Below, one piece after another: positions 1 to 13,074 of a DNA stretch of 64,000 bases. The stretch comes from Eledone cirrhosa (Eukaryota), in assembly GCA_964016885.1 (NCBI GenBank), contig OZ024740.1:184636001-184700000 (forward strand). Reading direction: 5' to 3'. The stretch's first letter is position 1. The number at the start of each line of letters is the position of its first letter. A program made the translations under genes and the position numbers. The notes under the pieces were generated by a model. The model was not told where the DNA came from. It saw nothing but the letters and a program-made list of their open reading frames with translations, and made no database searches.

Positions 1-1480
1 TTTCGCCTTAAGACAATTAAACCTTAGTACAGGTGAGGAAACTAATAGATTGGTCAGTTGCAAATGTTTTTATTAATTTCAGTTCATAATAAGAGATTGC
101 TTTAACCATATCCTAAGAATGGGAAGACTTACAAGCCAATTAATGATTCATGTGTATGCCAAGATTGAAGCTAAATGGTTGGCATTCATTAAAACAACCA
201 AGCTAAACCTAGAGCAGAGCAATACATCCATTTTAGAGACACCATTATAATTGATGGAATGAATTCTTCCAGTGTTGGTCAGCCAGTCATTCTGCCATCT
301 AGCTTCACAGGCAGCCCACGCTATGTGGCTGAGCGCACACAAGATACCATTGCATATGCAAGAAAATTTGGTTGTCCAGATCGTTTCATTAAATTTGCAT
401 GCAACCCTACATGGCCAGAAATTCAAAATGAACTGTTTGAACACCAATATGGAAAAGTTTCATAGAATCATTGCCAAAGTTTTTAATGAGAAACAGAAGA
501 TCTTCACATGATAACCAATTGAATGAAATTAAAACATGCCCAACCGGGAGATATATTTCTAGTAATGAAGCCATATGGAGAATCTTTGGTTTCGACATGC
601 ACAATAGAAACCCAGTAGGAAGTACACAATAGAAACCCTGTAGGAAGTTTCGTGCCTGTCTGAAATAATGATTTCAGACAGGCACGAAACTTCCTACAGG
701 GACGAGAGCCTATATTGTAAACGCTTGCCTCAAAGTCTCAACTATATGACAACAAGTTCAGCGATTGCCTTTGAGGACAAACATGAAAGTGCAGTTGTAC
801 AATGATGCAGAAATTGATACAGAAATTAAAACAGCTAATTACACAGGGTGATGGAAATATGCAACAAAATGAAAATGGAAATATCTGTAATACAACAAAT
901 GAACTAATTGATCAAGTATTTCCAAATGTTGCCTCAAATTATATCAATCTGTTATGGCTATTTGAGCAAGCAATTTTAGCACCAAAAAATAATATGGTAA
1001 ATCAGATCAACTAATGCCTGCTCGATACGCTCCCAGGGGAGGTTCATACGAAGCTGTTAATTATCCTGCAGAGTTCCTTAATAGTCTGGAACTTCCTGGA
1101 CTTCCTCCACATAAATTAATGCTAAAGATTGGAACACCCACCAACCTTTTGAAAAACCTGGACCCACCACGTCTATGCAATGGCATGCGCTTAACAGTGA
1201 TGAAACATCTCCTAGAGGTCACTATTCTTGGAGGCAATCATCAAAGCAAAAATGCATTTATTCCAAAGATTCCACTTATCCCTTCATCTACCGAGCTGCC
1301 ATTAGAGCCAATTTTGCTATGATCATAAATAAAGCTCAATTTTGCTATGATCATAAATAAGTCTCAGAGTTGTAGGATTGAATCTGAGAGAATCATGTTT
1401 TACCCATGGTCATTATATATTGGTTGTACACGAGTGGGAACATCTAGAAATCTTCATATAGTATGCACAGTAAAACAAAG
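1..1480 (+). mobile_element. Internally deleted Helitron RepHel remnant (Rep plus Pif1-like helicase fragments)
   Basis: ORF fragments ILPSSFTGSPRY..QD..AYARKFGCPD.FI.F.CNPTWPEI (Rep), [64 protein letters not shown] and FAMIINKAQ (helicase); many frameshifts and deletions. Confidence 0.9.
636..701. repeat. Perfect 31-bp inverted repeat with 4-nt loop
   Basis: ccctgtaggaagtttcgtgcctgtctgaaat (636-666), then aatg, then the exact reverse complement (671-701). Confidence 0.95.
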
Positions 1481-2924
1481 AATCTGGTGTATCTGGAATT
1501 TCTTTTACTTTTTTTGTCACTCACACACCATGGTCTCACCTCATACTGTAAACCAGACAACGCATCCAATACAGTCGTTTCCTTTTCTACCTGTCTTCTC
1601 TTATCAGGTACCTCATTTAGTACTAAATCAATATAATATGCATATCGAAAGTACTAAATAAATACAATATGCAAATCGAAAAAGATGATCCCTGCTGTAA
1701 GGAATAGCAGCAATCTAATGAATGTTTCATTGGCATGCTGTTCTACGTTCAAGTCCTACTTTGAATCACTCATATGAGACACAATATTACAGACCTATAG
1801 TAATTATGTCACCATTGGACTAAAGTATACTCATGTTCATATCAAAGATTTAAGAAGAAGGATAACCAAGCAACGGAAATATTAGATTAGTGTTTTATAT
1901 GAAAATTATATCGTTGCTAATAGGTATTTCACTATTTGGAAAAGAGTCATGACATAGAAGTGCTAAATGGTGATAGCTTGGCATATATTTTTGTTCCAGC
2001 CTATAGAACAATTAATACATTTCACTTTATATAACTATGTTTCTAAGGAAATAGAGTGCTGATAATTTTCAAATAATTTTGAACATAACCAAGAATTTGA
2101 AGGTATTTGATAATAAAATCATCTTTTAAGTTAGTATTTGGAAATAACTTAACAAGGGTCTTCACATTAAATTATAATGGAACACTTTCAGATAAAAATA
2201 AACACATTAAAACAATAAAAATAATAATAATAATATAGGCTGAACAACATCATGGACGCCTACAAAGAAGCTTCCACAAGATGTGAAATAAATCGGACAC
2301 CAAACAATAGCAAATATAGCCAGAAAACATAAAAGAATATGTTAGACAAGAACCAACAAACCGTTTTTAACACTGGAACGCAAAAATGCAACAAGTTTTA
2401 AAACAGCCACAACACAGCGTATAGAATTTATAACAAAACTAAAAACCGAAAGGAAGAAAATAAAACAACAAACAACAAAAAAAAAGAAACACTAGCACAT
2501 GTAAGAACATAACATTTATTAATTGCATTACCTGTGCTTATATTATAAAAATAGAGAAATTTGTATACAAAAGAATTTCATAGACGTATTGATGTTCGTT
2601 CTTTAAACTTAAGATATAAATTTTATGAAGACCGATGCACGCAAAAACATACAAATTTAGAAGCACAAAGACCGATACCCAATAAAAATAACATTCTAAA
2701 TGATGGGTCGAGTTTTTATCAAGTGCCATCAATAAACTTAAAGAAGACACAAATGTATGCATGAGGAATATGCTTCGATTCTACATGCATATTTTACGGC
2801 ATCATTATGCCCTAAAAACGAAAACACAACACACACATATATAAAATTTGGCAAAAAAAAAAAACACACTCTCATTTAAAACTCGACCCCAACAAATTAG
2901 CAAATTTAAGGAAATACATACTCA

Positions 2925-3250
2925 CTGAGTATACACTGAGGATGAAAAACTCAGAGCTGTATGGGAGCATCCCAAAAGTCAGCTCAAAAGTGACACAGAG
3001 AAGACTGAGGTTGGCTGGACATGCTCACCGACATCCAGAGTTGACATTGCACTCAGTGCTCCTTTGGGAGCCCCTACATGGACACACTAGAAGAGGAAGA
3101 CCAAGGTTAACATATGTTGATGCCCTAAGGACAGACACTGGTCTGTTGGAGATGCAGGATATGGCAGCGATAATGAGGGACAGAGACCGCTGGAGAGAAC
3201 TCGTCCATGGATCTCGGGAATTTTACCCGCCTTAGATAGATAGATACTCA
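2925..3250 (+). mobile_element. RTE-clade LINE 3' fragment (family A)
   Basis: ORF 2942-3235 NSELYG..QRRLRLAGHAHRH..VLLWEP..RRGRPRLTYVD..DRDRWR, a typical RTE C-terminus; same family at 24890-25750. Confidence 0.85.
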
Positions 3251-3309
3251 CTGAGACAACCCCAACCAACAGAGAGATATTTCAAGGGAATCTCTATCAC
3301 CACTACTCT

Positions 3310-3720
3310 CTTGCTATGCACAAACACGATTAACTGAGACACTTAACCAAACTGGACTAGGGTATAAATGCTACAATAACAAAATAATAACCTATATGGA
3401 TGATCTATAACTGTATGTTGCAAAAGAAAGATAACCCAAAACACTGCTACAGACTATAATTTAAGCACATGGATTCACAAAAAATAGGCATGAAATTTGG
3501 AATAGGAAAATGTGCCATGACAACTCTGAAGAGAGGTACACTAATATGTTAGATAAAGAAACTGAGATAAGAGAATTAGATCAAATGCAGACATAGAAAT
3601 ATTTAGGGATCTACAAATTAAATAGGGTTCAACATAAACAGATGAGATTATAAAGGAATACTATAGACATATTAGATTATTACTTAAAACTGAACTAAAT
3701 GCAAAGAATAAGGTAATTCT
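3310..3720 (+). mobile_element. Degenerate R4/Dong-like non-LTR reverse transcriptase fragment
   Basis: Broken frames give LYMDDL*LY, GMKFGIGKCA, KYLGI and LLKTELNAKNK. Confidence 0.65.
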
Positions 3721-3739
3721 CAAAATTAAATGATCACAT

Positions 3740-3990
3740 CTCCAATACTTCGGACATGGTTAGAATATCTCAGGACAGATTTTATGGAAGAAAAGATAAC
3801 CAACAAGAGGCCCAGGGGTAGACCCCATGCAAGATGGGTGGATAATATCTATGAGTTCAGCTGGTGTTGCTCTGGGATCCAGCTGGATGAATTGGAGGCA
3901 GTTGCTTCTGACAGGACCTGCTAGAAGTAGTGTTTGAGTCTTCTGCCCCTACAACCCTCCCAGGAATAAGTGCGCAAAGAAGAAGTGTTT
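3740..3990 (+). mobile_element. RTE-clade LINE 3' end (family B)
   Basis: KRPRGRP..RW.D.I..L.W; shared 3' motif gttgcttctgacaggacc...ctgccc...aaccctc also at 14270, 17200 and 36420 (-). Confidence 0.7.
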
Positions 3991-4792
3991 TTATGCATGA
4001 TATTTAAATGTATTATCATATATTAATCTATAGGGCAGGAGAGAAGTAGACGACTGTCATGCAGAACATTACAGACTATAATTTAAGCACATCTCTTTAG
4101 ATTATATGATCAAATCTTCAGTTTGAATTGATATTTATTTCTCTTGAGTCATCAATCAAATATAATGTACTGCTCTCATTTAAAAATATATCATTCCTCA
4201 TACAGAATGTGTGGTCTAATGTAAAATTCTTGTTTAAATATATTTTAACCTAATAAATAATTACTTAATATTTATGTGGACAGCCTATAGACTTAAATAT
4301 TGAGTTTCAACCCCCAAGACCAAGTGGCATGTTGTGTCCTCAAGCAAGGGATTACTGTTCATGCCACCCCAGTCCACCCAGGAAAAGAAATGGGTACTAC
4401 CAGTAGTGGCTGGGGTTTACCTTTGCTACAGACTGAAGCCCTGTACTTTCTATCACTTAACCTCACATGAAAACTGGCATAAGCACCTGTCTACTGAATG
4501 TCTCAGCTTGAAAGAGACTGTTATCTATGTACATAAATATGGCACCTTCTAACATTATTATGTCTTCAAAAGATTGCAAACTAGATAGCAGCAGCTGGAT
4601 GTATATTATGTATCTTGCATCTTTAGCTGTTATTAAGACAGCTTCAGATTGAACACATGTAAAGCAAAGAGATGTATTCCAACTCTATCTTATTAACTTA
4701 TTTTTGTCAGTGTACATGACTTTATTCAGAAACTAAAATAGAGACAGTTATTTGAAAAGAAAGAATATAATATATTGATATTGAACATAGAG

Positions 4793-5030
4793 TGGAGGCA
4801 TGTAGTCAAGTGGTAAAGGTGTGGATTTATGATCATAATGTCATGGATTTGATTCATGGATTGGGCCGTGTTGTGTTTTTGAACAAAACATTTCACTTCA
4901 TGTTGCTCCAGTGTACTCAGCTAAAAATGAGTACCAGCAATAGCTGGAGTTTTAACACTATAATGGACTGATATCCTGTCAAGGGGGGAGTTGTGTACTC
5001 TCTTTTGAGACTGGGTTATGCACCATCCAG
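4793..5030 (+). mobile_element. tRNA-derived SINE with CORE-like central domain (degenerate)
   Basis: Head tggaggcatgtagtcaagtggtaaagg, then tgtgtttttgaacaaaacatttcacttcatgttgctccagtgtactcagct...aatgagtacc; relatives at 4300-4520, 12770-13035 (-), 26960-27105 (-) and 48670-48940 (-). Confidence 0.65.
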
Positions 5031-6086
5031 ACAGACTTTAGATATTGAACATAAACACATTGCCACATATTTTGTTGGGAATATTGTCAATTAAATTGAT
5101 TCCAAAACTTCATTGGTACTTTTTACGAATCCCAGAAGGATAAAAGGCAAAGGTGACTACAGCATAAATTGAACTCAGAATGTAAAGGACAGTAACTTAA
5201 GGTTGTAAGATGTTTGTCATGTGTTAATGATTCTGATATCCACTACAACACACTGCAACAATTCCAGTGTATAACTGGTATTTATTTCATTGATGCTGAA
5301 AAGGAAAAGGAAAAATAGTTCAATTCAGAAAATGAATGTAACTATATACTTTAATAGCATTTAACATGTCACTCTACAATCTTGTTTATATTTTCAAAGG
5401 TACATTCCCTCAGCTATATATATTGTTGATATTCATAATCCCTGTCAGTACATTTTCTATATATATTGATCGTTTCTAATTGTTGTTAATTGAAATATAC
5501 TTTACTGAGGAAATAAAACACAATTGAAACACGTCCAAAAAGACATGATCCCTTTTATCTGCAGAATTTTTATTTCCCAGTTATTTCAATTAGTTGACTT
5601 TACTGGAGTTATATCCCTAATTGGCTGTTTTTATGTTATAAACATCCCCAGACAGAGTTTTCACCTACTGACTCCATAGATAGTCTCATTTAATTAAGGT
5701 ATTTCAATTTGCTCACTTATTTACGTAAGAATATATTGTATATGAATAGAACACTAATATAGATTTTCTTTAATTTATAGGGAATTAGCAAGACAATTGA
5801 ATCGATTGCAGTATATACCTGCTGCCTAGTTTGTTCATTGAGATGAATGGCACAGTTTATTACAAGAGAGTCATTTGAACTCAGAATGTGGAGGTAGGTA
5901 ACAAAATTGTTTATAGCAGTTACTTCAGGCTTTTCATTGTTTTAAACAAGTCAACTTACTGGATCACTATTGTTGCATACATAGATGAAAGACTTGCTCA
6001 AATACTTAGTTTAACATCACCAATATCTGCTTTGTTAGTAGAGGCCAATGTGGCAAGCATTCAAATTTGGTCTTCTTCTCATTTTA

Positions 6087-6122
6087 TCTTCTGATGAAGG
6101 ACTAATGTCTGAAACATTAAGA
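6087..6122 (+). ncRNA. Degenerate minimal hammerhead ribozyme motif (PLE-type)
   Basis: tctt-CTGATGA-aggactaatgtct-GAAA-ca-TT-aaga; stem I tctt/aaga. Confidence 0.5.
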
Positions 6123-6299
6123 CACTTTTCTTACTATATCAAACATTATAATAACATATACTTTCAAAGCACTGTATCATTCTCCTCTGTTGTTTTTCAA
6201 CATTGACTTTTCACACACATACGAATATATATATTTATATAAACTATACAGATAACATATATATATATATATGTGTGTGTGTGAGTGTGTAATTGATTG

Positions 6300-6690
6300 C
6301 ATTATTGTCTCTGATCTCTTCGATTCTGAGCTGGATGTTTGCATTAAGAGAGGGGCTGAGCTTTCTTAACACAATTTGGTATTCATGCCAATACTAATCT
6401 ATGGGTATCAATCTTGAGTAATAACCAAACAAATATGATTGTGAATACAAGTGGCTGAAATGGGGTTCCTCCAAATGGTCTTTGGAATAATGTTACTTGA
6501 TAGAGTGCGTTTCTCAGAGATCAGAGAGTCACACCAGGTTGAGCCACTACTTCTCCAAATGGAGAGATCACATCTTCGATATTATGGGTATGTAGTTAGA
6601 ATGTTTCAGGAAAGAGTCTCTGGACAGATCTTACAGGAAAACTAACTGGCAGGAGACTCAGGTATAGACTCTGAGCAAGATGGTTGGCAT
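6300..6690 (+). mobile_element. RTE-clade LINE fragment (family B)
   Basis: ORF 6451-6645 AEMGFL...G..LLDRVR.SEIRE...VEPLLL..ERS.LRYYG.V.RM. Confidence 0.75.
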
Positions 6691-9459
6691 ATAGTTACAT
6701 CCCTTTACGTTCTACGTTCAAATCAATCTGAGGTTAGCTTTGCCTTTCTTCTTTACAGGGTTGATGAAATAAAGCAACTGCAATGTACTTGGTTCTATTT
6801 AACTGATTCTCCCCTGCCCCCAAAATTGACTTTGTGCCTAAATCATAAACCATTATTAAACATTTTAGAGTTCTGTTTAAAACTATACAGATAACATTGA
6901 AGAAATATTCTGTTATATATATTTCATACTATGGAATTTTGTGGAGGATTTCTCCATTAATATTCGGAATATTGAATGGAGACAAAGAGAACTAACTGCT
7001 TATGTTTTGTATGTGTAGAGCTGTGTCTTTGATGCAAAAAACATCACATCTATTTTTTTTTTTAGACAGAGCTATTAAGATAACAATATGTTCACAAAGG
7101 TCTAACAATTCCTGAAAATAAACTTCAATAAATGTTTTTTAAAAGCTTTTCTTTAGGGTCAGTAGCCTATAATGAGAAAATAACATTAATGTATTTTAGT
7201 ATTGATGTTGAGTACCATTGAGTATAGATAAGCTCTGGTAAAATAATTTTACAGCCATAGGTGGTTTCAATTTTTGATGATAGTGCTAATGTCTTTAAAT
7301 AGACATGAACATAATCCAATCTTATTTTTCCTCACTAAGAAATGGACATATTTTCATATTGTTATTTTTTTCTATATGTATTATTTTGAATGCAGACATG
7401 GTTGAGTGATTAAGATGGTGTATTTATAATCATAAAGTGATGATTTCAACCTGACTGTGTGATATCTTCAGCTAATATCGTTATCATATCATCAGGTGAA
7501 TCCAAGCTTTGTAAGTGAAATTGTGTAAACAGAAACTAAGTGGAAACACATCGAATTAATTGTACCTGTAATTCAAAGTCCATATTTGTCATTGTGTCAC
7601 ATTGATTTAGCTTGGGAATAACCTATTAGCCTTTAAACCGGCTGTATCCAGCCAAAATTCTTTCCCTTTTTTGAAACCGACTGTAAACAGTAACGCATAC
7701 CAACATTAAGGTGTCTTGAAATAAACATTAACATCATCAAAATCTCATAGACGCGAGATTATGTGAGATAATGCCTTTACCATGAACATACAATAGTTAA
7801 TATAGAGTAATGTAAATGCTACAGCTCTAGGAGTACATATGTTTGGGAGATACAGAAGCAGTTACACATAAATTCACAAGCTAGAAGTTCAATTGATTGA
7901 ACAACTACATGCTTTTCGAAATCAACCAGCGATCTATCATATCCCATCATCAGTTAGAATGTTATACTTGTCACTGATACTATTTACATTATCTTTTTAT
8001 CTTCTAGGTTCTGTATTACATCAATTATAATGTAGAAAATTATGATTATATATTTAAATATGTAGCTTTTAAAATAGCTTTTCAATTTGGTATTAACATT
8101 GGGCTACCTAATATAGCAATTCAGTGAAGATGAACCAATAATGGAGCCTATATTTAGTCACTTGGCCTCTAATATATAATGCTAAATTTCCTATAAATCA
8201 CACCCTTCTGTCTACAAAAGAAATGATGTGCTGTAAATGGCAGTCCTAGATAACACCAGGGCTGGTGCTACCATATAGGCAAAATAGGCAGCCACCTATG
8301 GAACCGATTTCAGGGAGCGCATTTTCTCCCAATCAACAACAATTTGGAAAATAAATAAATTAATTTCATTTTTATTGAGGGTTGTTTTTTATCCTGGTTT
8401 ATTTCATACAGGGACAAATAAATGTTGAAAGATTTTTTAAAAATTTATTGTTATAAATTTTGAAATTGATTTTTGGGAGGTGGTGAGAATCTAAACGGTA
8501 CCAGACTATCTGGCACTGGTTCTGGATACTATGTTTGACAAAAAAATCAAAAAAATAAAGATGTTATGGTCACAATTGAAACACCTTTGGTGTTAGGTCT
8601 GTTTAATCAGAGCTGACCTAGGGTGAAAAAAACACAGTATTCAGTGAAGTGAAATATATATAATTTTTTTTTTAACAAGTTAAAACTTATTGATTATGAA
8701 ACTGTCTTCACATATAATAGTAGTTTATTAAATCAATAAATAAACCCAGTGACAGAGCTGAGCAGAATCAGTGAGGGAGTGCTTCCGCAGAATAATTTGA
8801 CTTGTTAAATATAACTGTCTTTTCTCTTTAAAATAAATACAACAAAATATTATAATTTTTTGGACAGTTAACCTCATTTTTATAGACGAAAAACGTTTTA
8901 ATATTCACATCTATATATAAATATTGAAAGACTTTTGATCATTAAAGTCAAGATTAATAGCCCCAGAAATTATAATCATATAAAAACAACTCAACTGAGA
9001 TATATAAACATTTAAGGAATAAAGTGTGTTATAATTGCATAAAACATAAGACAGCACAGTATATGCTGCAGCAATGGTTATCAGATATTGCACAGCAGTG
9101 CACTTGTATGTCATAGATTTTTTAAAAATATATAATTTAAGACTTTAGAAAAGCTATAGTAAAGCTTGAGTGTCTTGAAAAACATATTCATAATTTTGTT
9201 ATGAAAAAAATATTGATAATAAAATAAAGAATAATTTTATAAAACTTTTTAGCATTAAAACATTGTTTTCTTTTAACTTCCCATGCAAAGAGTGTCATTA
9301 ATTTTTTAAATTTCATTCCTAGTGTGCCACAAAGCCAGAATAATTGTGAACTATTGCTCAAGAGTATATTATGGAGTGCCCTGGTTAGAATGTTGATTTA
9401 GACAATGAGATTTTGGTTAAATTAATACCCTATATATATATATATATTCTTTAATCTTG

Positions 9460-10340
9460 CTTAATGGGATTAGGGTTTTCCTAGGTCAGTGATCCCTGAG
9501 ACAACATTGTGTGTGGAATCGAACAGGTGCACTAGTACAATCGCTGGCCATTCCATGCCAACCCCCTCTACATCCTTCAAGATACATCGAGCTTCTGGAG
9601 ATCTTCCTTAATTACATCCAGTGATTTGGTGTGGGGCCTGCCACTGGGCCACTTTTAGCTATGTCAAACAAGGGTAAGACCCTGGTAGGATGATCTGGTG
9701 GGAGGCAAAGGACTTGTCCATATCAGCAGATGCAACAGATGGGTGTGGGCTGCTATGTGCATATATACAACTCTTTGTTGGAAATTTGGTGATACCATGT
9801 GATGTTTTCAATGGTCCTCAGGGCTCTGCTATCAAAGCTGTTGATCCTCTTTGCCACGTTTCTGCTCCTTAGATGAGAATAGAGTGAACTGACATGTTGT
9901 ACATACAGAGCTTCATCTTCCGGGAGATAGAGTGGTGGCACTAAAGGGTCTTCCATAGGAAATGCATGACCCCAGTGGCCAAACCTCATCTGTGTTTGAT
10001 CTCTGGGTTCAGGTCTCCATTGTTGTTGACTGTCAAGCCCAGGTAAATGAAGGAGCTAACAAACTCTACAATGTTGAGGCCAATATTAAGTGGGGGTAGA
10101 TCGAGGTCATTGCTGACATGAATCAGCTTGGTCTTTGCCCAGCATCCATGAGCTGATCAATTGAGTTACTGAATAGAGTGGTGTCATCCACATACTCCAG
10201 GCTGGTAATGAGGTAGTTCCTGAAGGTAACACCAGAATTCACGCACAGACTTGGTCATCAAATAATCAATGATACAGATGAAGCAGTCAGGGGCAGCCAT
10301 GCAACTCTGTCTGACCATGCTATTGATGGGGAACAAGTCA
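9460..10340 (-). mobile_element. Degenerate RTE-clade LINE reverse transcriptase and C-terminal fragment
   Basis: Minus strand: VRQSC..AP..F....DY, LEYVDD, FIYLG, RINSFDSRALR.I..I.W...ISN.ELY. Confidence 0.7.
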
Positions 10341-11994
10341 GAGTCTTGACAACAGTGTCATCTGACCCAGAATGAAACTGATGTCATTATGAATGTTAGC
10401 ACATCTTAACAACTAAATTACACATCTTCACATGACACACCAAGGAACTCACCAATATGATATGAATAAAAAACAATACTCTACATGGAATTTATTTGCC
10501 TGAATCCTATAGGATATCTCTTTTCACTCTAACCTATCAAAAACCTGTAACTAATAATGTATTGTTCACCAAATGCAATACAAAGTATAATAAATAAATA
10601 TCCTTTCAAACTATTCAGTTATATATATTTTTTACATGTTCCCATTCTTTATATTTTCCTCTATTATTTATATTTAGCTATTCCTTTTCTTAAATGACTA
10701 GTAAACCTGAAAAATAATCACTATTTCAAAAAGTTTCTCAAAGCTTTCATCACTAAATCTGCTAACATGAACTTTTTATTATCAAAACAAAAAGTAAAAT
10801 AACTTTTATTTGAGAACAGCAAATTATTATAGTTTACATTTTCTTTGTAATATAATCTATAAATATGAAAACACAAATTTCAGAAAGAAATAATTGCCTT
10901 CAATTTCAACGGTTGTGAAGTACAAAAGCATTTCTGAAGAAATTTGTTTATAAACATATGAGCATATATGTATATTTACATGTATATACGTGTGTGTAAG
11001 TACATATGTGTTAATTTAAATCAAACTATCTTTACTGCCTCAATCCCTTTACTTTTTCAATTATAGTATAAACTATTTGAAACTAAATATTATATACCAA
11101 AATACTAAGATATATTTTCTTAAGACTTATATTTTATCTTTCTTAAATTAACCCAGTTACTTCAAAAGCACAGTAATCTTCTTCATCTTTTTTTTCAGTA
11201 ACAAAATTGATAATTTGTTCAAATATCTACAAACTGAGAATGTGTTTCTCATGCATGTTGTAAATTATGTAACGAGGAATAAAGCAATAAAATACAATAG
11301 AACATATTGTTCTTTTTGTATGAAATTTCTATGAACAGTAATTGTAATAACTATTATAGGTGTTAAATCTGACTATTTTAGGTACAGATGATATAAATAG
11401 TTGAAAACAAATGCTCTTGTGAGAGAAGAAAACTTAAGAAGATAGGGTAGTAATCAAGAACTTTGCAAATTTAACTAAATCCTGTACAGAGAAAATTTCT
11501 TTTTACATTATCTTGCATACAACAGTTGATCTGTAATGGAAATATACTTCTTCATTACCAACACCACATTCAATAACACCATACTGGAAATAGCAGTCAA
11601 ATTCCTATTAAAATCTCATTCTACAATTAAAAAAAAAATTATGTGGAAGGGAACATTAAGTCAGGAATCCACAAGGCTTTTACACCACCTACCCCTTCAA
11701 TGGAATCCTTGACTCTTCATTGAATACATGCATTGTACAAGAATAGATAAGTAAATAATAAATTAAAAAAATTATCGCTCTACATGGTTGAATACAATAA
11801 ATGTCATCTGAGTTTTTTTAGTACTAATAATAATATTCTACTGACATGGCTTTAAAAATGAGACTGTTTGCATAATTGCAAACGAATCGAATATTATTAT
11901 TAATATTCAAAAAACTCAGATAAGTAAATAATTAAATCAGTAAGCAGGTTATAAAAAAAAAATGTTAATAAGCTGCAAAAAAAATCTGAGAGAT

Positions 11995-12158
11995 CTACAT
12001 CTCAACATCCAACTGATCAAGATCCTGGATGAACATACAGCACGAGGCGTAGCACAAATAAGAGCAGCAGCAACAAAACTCACATTTGCACGAATGGCCA
12101 ACCAGGGAAGTCTGGCTTTTGAGAGTATAGCATAGGTGGCTGTGCCCAAGCCTCTTGG
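11995..12158 (-). CDS. Candidate host exon of unknown product: 75-bp internal exon 12084-12158, or terminal exon to stop at 11995
   Basis: Acceptor aatttgcatttcag at 12159-12172; internal donor GCAAAT|gtgagt at 12084; higher-GC unique sequence in AT-rich, repeat-poor surroundings; no homology recognised. Confidence 0.45.
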
Positions 12159-12769
12159 CTGAAATGCAAATTAATTAATTAATTAAGACTTAAATATCGT
12201 TCTGTATAAGTAAACAGCATTTTATTGTATTATTTGATGTATATTAATTTCTTATACAAACATCAAGTTTTAGCTCAAAAGTTCAATTGATCCCCTAGAT
12301 AATCCCATTTATCGCTGGGGTTCAATATTGGTCAATATGGGGATCCTTGCATTAGATAATGTAGTGCTAAATATACCTAATGAATATGTTTTAGTAATAA
12401 GTTATCATCATCATCTGTATATTTTTATGCCTGCATGGGTTAGACAGAACATCTCAGTCCAAGACTAGATAGGCAAAAGAAACATATCTTGCTCAAACAT
12501 CCCATATTTTGATATGATTTCTGCAGCTGTATGCCCTTTCTGGTGCCAACTACCTTACAGAGTATAATAGGTGCTTTTCATCATGGCACAAGCTATACAA
12601 AAATTTCAAATGCTTTGAGTTTGCTAGTTACGTAATTTAAAGAATATATATAAAATTATGTAATAAACAAAGCTATTTTTGTTTCCACCATTCTTCAAAA
12701 AGGAACCTAAAGTCAATCATAGATATTTCCTTTATTGAAATTATATCTTTGGATATAAAGTCTGTTTAA

Positions 12770-13035
12770 GCTGAAGGCTCATCAGGCCAGTGCTTATCCC
12801 CAGTTTTCTTGGCATTCATTAAGTGACTGAAAGTACAAGACTCTCATTGGAGAGGATGTTAGTCAATCACAGATTTAACTTCCCAGCTACTGCTGGTATT
12901 CATCTCAGCTGGGTATACTGGAGCAATGTGAAATAAAGTATTTTGTTTTAGAGCACATTGCAGCAGCTTGTCCAGGAATTTGACCAATTATATGATGATC
13001 CTATATCAAACATCTTAACCATTAATATACATGGT
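12770..13035 (-). mobile_element. tRNA/CORE-like SINE copy
   Basis: ctggagcaatgtgaaataaagtattttg, matching 26960-27105 and 48670-48940. Confidence 0.65.
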
Positions 13036-13074
13036 TTAAATGGAATCAGGGACATAGGTCAATAATTGATTTTG

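Noticed and set aside
8258-8524. hAT-like MITE (cagggctggtgc...gcactggttctg)
   Set aside because: Terminal repeats and target-site duplication too degenerate to support
12770-12800. CTGATGAG on the minus strand in SINE tails (also at about 48680)
   Set aside because: No downstream GAAA or stem III, so not a hammerhead
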